This document shows positions 44,015 through 45,776 of a DNA stretch of 45,776 bases, in pieces; the stretch's first letter is position 1; each line of letters starts with the position of its first letter. Origin of the DNA: Betaproteobacteria bacterium (GTDB lineage Bacteria; Pseudomonadota; Gammaproteobacteria; Burkholderiales; Thiobacillaceae); assembly GCA_007280375.1 (NCBI GenBank), contig QYQG01000021.1:1-45776 (forward strand), in the 5' to 3' direction. The position numbers and the translations under genes were made by a program. Under the pieces are notes generated by a model. That model made no database searches. It was not told the origin of the DNA and worked only from the letters and a program-made list of their open reading frames with translations.

Positions 44015-45460
44015 ATGTTACACACGCTGCTGGCTTTACCCTTGTTGGGTGTCGTGCTGATCGCGCTGTTGCCCGTGCGCTGGACGCGTGTGATCGCGTT
44101 GATGACCGCCGGGGTGACGCTGGCCTTTTCGCTCGTGTTGCTGGTGTCGTTTGATCTGCAAGAGGCGGCGCCACAGTTGTTTGAGACGCATCGCTGGAAC
44201 CCGCGGCTCGGCTCGGCCTTTTCGTTGGCCATTGATGGGTTTTCGTTGCCGATGATCTTGCTGGCCACGCTGTTAGTCGTGATCTCGGTGTTGGCCTCGG
44301 GCGGCATTCGGACGCGTCAAAAAGGCTATTACGCCCTGATCTTGATGTTGGAAAGCGCCATGCTCGGGGTGTTTTCGGCACGCGATTGGTCGTTGTTTTA
44401 TGTGTTTTGGGAACTGACCCTGATCCCGTTGTTTTTCTTGATCGACCGTTACGGCGGCGTGCATCGTAGCCGTGCGGCGCTGAACTTCGTGCTCTATACC
44501 ATGGGCGGTTCGACCTTCATGCTCATCGCACTGTTGATGCTCTATGATCTTTCGGCGGCGCATAGCTTTGATATGACCGTCTTGCGCGAAACGGGGCGCA
44601 GTCTGCCGGCCGAGACGCAGGCCTGGTTGTTTGCTGGGTTGTTGATCGGCTTCGGCGTAAAGATGCCGATCTTTCCATTGCATGGTTGGCTCCCGCTCGC
44701 GCATGTGGAGGCGCCGAGTCCGGTTTCTATCCTGTTGTCGGGCATCCTGCTGAAGATGGGCAGTTATGGTCTGATCCGTGCGGCGAGTGCCTTGCCCGCT
44801 GGGGCGCAGGTTTTGCAGCCGCTTTTAGTTGCCTTGGGCTTGATCAGTTTGATCTACGGCGGGGTGTTAGCCTGGCAACAACGCGACCTCAAAAAGATGG
44901 TGGCCTATTCGTCCTTCTCGCATATGGGGGTGGTCTTGTTGGGCATCGCCTCGTTAAATGCGCTGGGTTTTACGGGGGCCATCGTGCAGATGGTGGCGCA
45001 TGGCCTAGTCGCGGGCGCGCTGTTTTTGCTTATAGGCTTGCTGTATGAGCGCACGCATACTCGTGATATTGGCGATTACGCCTCGCTGGTGCGCGTGATG
45101 CCGCGCTTCGCATTCTTTACGGTGCTGGCCTTGGTCGCGGCCGTGGGCTTTCCGGGGACGGTGGGTTTCGTCGCTGAACTGCATGTCTTGCTCGGTGCCT
45201 TTGATCAGTTTGGTCTCTGGGCGGCCTTGCTGTCGTTGGGTGTGTTGATCTCGGCGGCCTATGCCTTGCGCACGGTGGGGCGGCTCTTCACCGGCCCGAT
45301 TAGTCCAACCATGCAGCAGATCCCCGACCTGACGCGAACCGAGTTTATGGCCGCCGCCGTACTGACCAGTGGCATCTTGGTGCTAGGGGTGTTTCCGATG
45401 GGCTTGTTGGCGCTGGTGAGCCCGTCGGTCGAGCGCCTGGCGCGCCTGTTCGGCGCATGA
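44015..45460 (+). CDS. dabB: DabB: PF00361-type proton-conducting membrane subunit (NuoM/NdhD-like) of a DAB inorganic-carbon pump
   Basis: 481 aa. LAIDGFSLPM, FYVFWELTLIPLFFLI, GVKMPIFPLHGWLPLAHVEAPSPVS, VAYSSFSHMG and IVQMVAHGLVAGALFLLIGLLYERTHTRD mirror E. coli NuoM motifs. A DUF2309 gene follows directly. Confidence 0.85.
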   Translation: MLHTLLALPLLGVVLIALLPVRWTRVIALMTAGVTLAFSLVLLVSFDLQEAAPQLFETHRWNPRLGSAFSLAIDGFSLPMILLATLLVVISVLASGGIRTRQKGYYALILMLESAMLGVFSARDWSLFYVFWELTLIPLFFLIDRYGGVHRSRAALNFVLYTMGGSTFMLIALLMLYDLSAAHSFDMTVLRETGRSLPAETQAWLFAGLLIGFGVKMPIFPLHGWLPLAHVEAPSPVSILLSGILLKMGSYGLIRAASALPAGAQVLQPLLVALGLISLIYGGVLAWQQRDLKKMVAYSSFSHMGVVLLGIASLNALGFTGAIVQMVAHGLVAGALFLLIGLLYERTHTRDIGDYASLVRVMPRFAFFTVLALVAAVGFPGTVGFVAELHVLLGAFDQFGLWAALLSLGVLISAAYALRTVGRLFTGPISPTMQQIPDLTRTEFMAAAVLTSGILVLGVFPMGLLALVSPSVERLARLFGA

Positions 45461-45476
45461 GCGTGAGGTAAAAGGG

Positions 45477-45776
45477 ATGAACACGCATACGAACGCGCCT
45501 ACTTCGACAGACCCACAGGCAGCCTCTAAGGCGCGCCTGGACGCGTTGCTGCACCACTTGGAGCATGTGTTGCCCGCGCAGGCGCCGATTCGTGATTTCG
45601 TTCATCACAACACCTTGCATGGCTACCAGCATTTGGCATTTCCGGATGCCTTGCGTGCAGCGCGGGAGCTGACCGGAGCCGAGGGTTATCTGCCGCCGGA
45701 GCGTTTTCGTGTCTTGTATGCCGAGGGGCGTATCGATGCGACGGACTTGGACGCGGCCTTGGAGCAGGCTGATATC
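45477..45776 (+). CDS. dabA: DabA (DUF2309/UPF0753) N-terminal 100 codons; continues beyond the window
   Basis: ATG 45477 lies 8 nt after GAGG. Hand translation ...LLHHLEHVLPAQAPIRDFVHHNTLHGYQHLAFPDALRAARELTG matches the P-I-x-D-F-(I/V)-H-H-N-T-L-H signature of UPF0753/DUF2309 proteins. Confidence 0.85.
   Translation, partial: MNTHTNAPTSTDPQAASKARLDALLHHLEHVLPAQAPIRDFVHHNTLHGYQHLAFPDALRAARELTGAEGYLPPERFRVLYAEGRIDATDLDAALEQADI

Noticed and set aside
1-45776. Search for tRNA, rRNA, CRISPR arrays, transposases, integrases or phage genes
   Set aside because: I recognised none in any frame. The only mobile-element-like signatures are the two REP copies reported above.

Overview
GC-rich proteobacterial chromosome segment. 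The CbbM, CbbL and CsoSCA sequences suggest a Thiobacillus-type sulfur-oxidising chemolithoautotroph, but that is inference only. The window is a CO2-fixation and CO2-concentrating supercluster interrupted by about 13 kb of housekeeping genes.

- **Left, minus strand:** an sbtA-like permease and a PII/SbtB-like protein lead into csoS2-csoSCA-csoS4A-csoS4B-csoS1. This alpha-carboxysome operon has no cbbLS of its own, and a CbbR-like LysR gene is divergent from it.
- **Middle:** purEK, an AI-2E permease, a SulP transporter, ilvD, pyrC, and a tightly packed stress operon (HPF, YqhA, HtpX, DUF1232, TerC, rhodanese).
- **Centre-right:** form IA RuBisCO cbbL-cbbS-cbbQ-cbbO-orf98 plus a CsoSCA-like gene, divergent from cbbR. 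Form II cbbM-cbbQ-cbbO follows cbbR.
- **Right:** psiE; a ChrA-family transporter with a rhodanese; a REP-flanked SulP-STAS-USP-USP fusion; an NhaD-like antiporter. Then an apparent operon: usp, a frameshifted CsoSCA-like gene, a SulP with a ~130-aa loop insertion, dabB and dabA.

The strongest candidates for something undescribed:
- Two stand-alone, N-terminally short paralogs of the carboxysomal carbonic anhydrase CsoSCA lie outside the carboxysome operon. One is attached to cbbLSQO and the other to a SulP/DAB module.
- The usp/CA-like/SulP/DabBA operon is itself a composite not seen as a unit before.
- The large insertion in that SulP is unexplained.

Other points worth checking:
- A Lys-to-Glu change at the invariant K177-equivalent active-site residue of CbbL.
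- An in-phase A_AAA_AAG slippery heptamer in csoS2.
- A NuoM-type rather than NuoL-type DabB.
- A codon-usage shift near 28-29.5 kb.

I recognised no rRNA, tRNA, CRISPR array, transposase or integrase.
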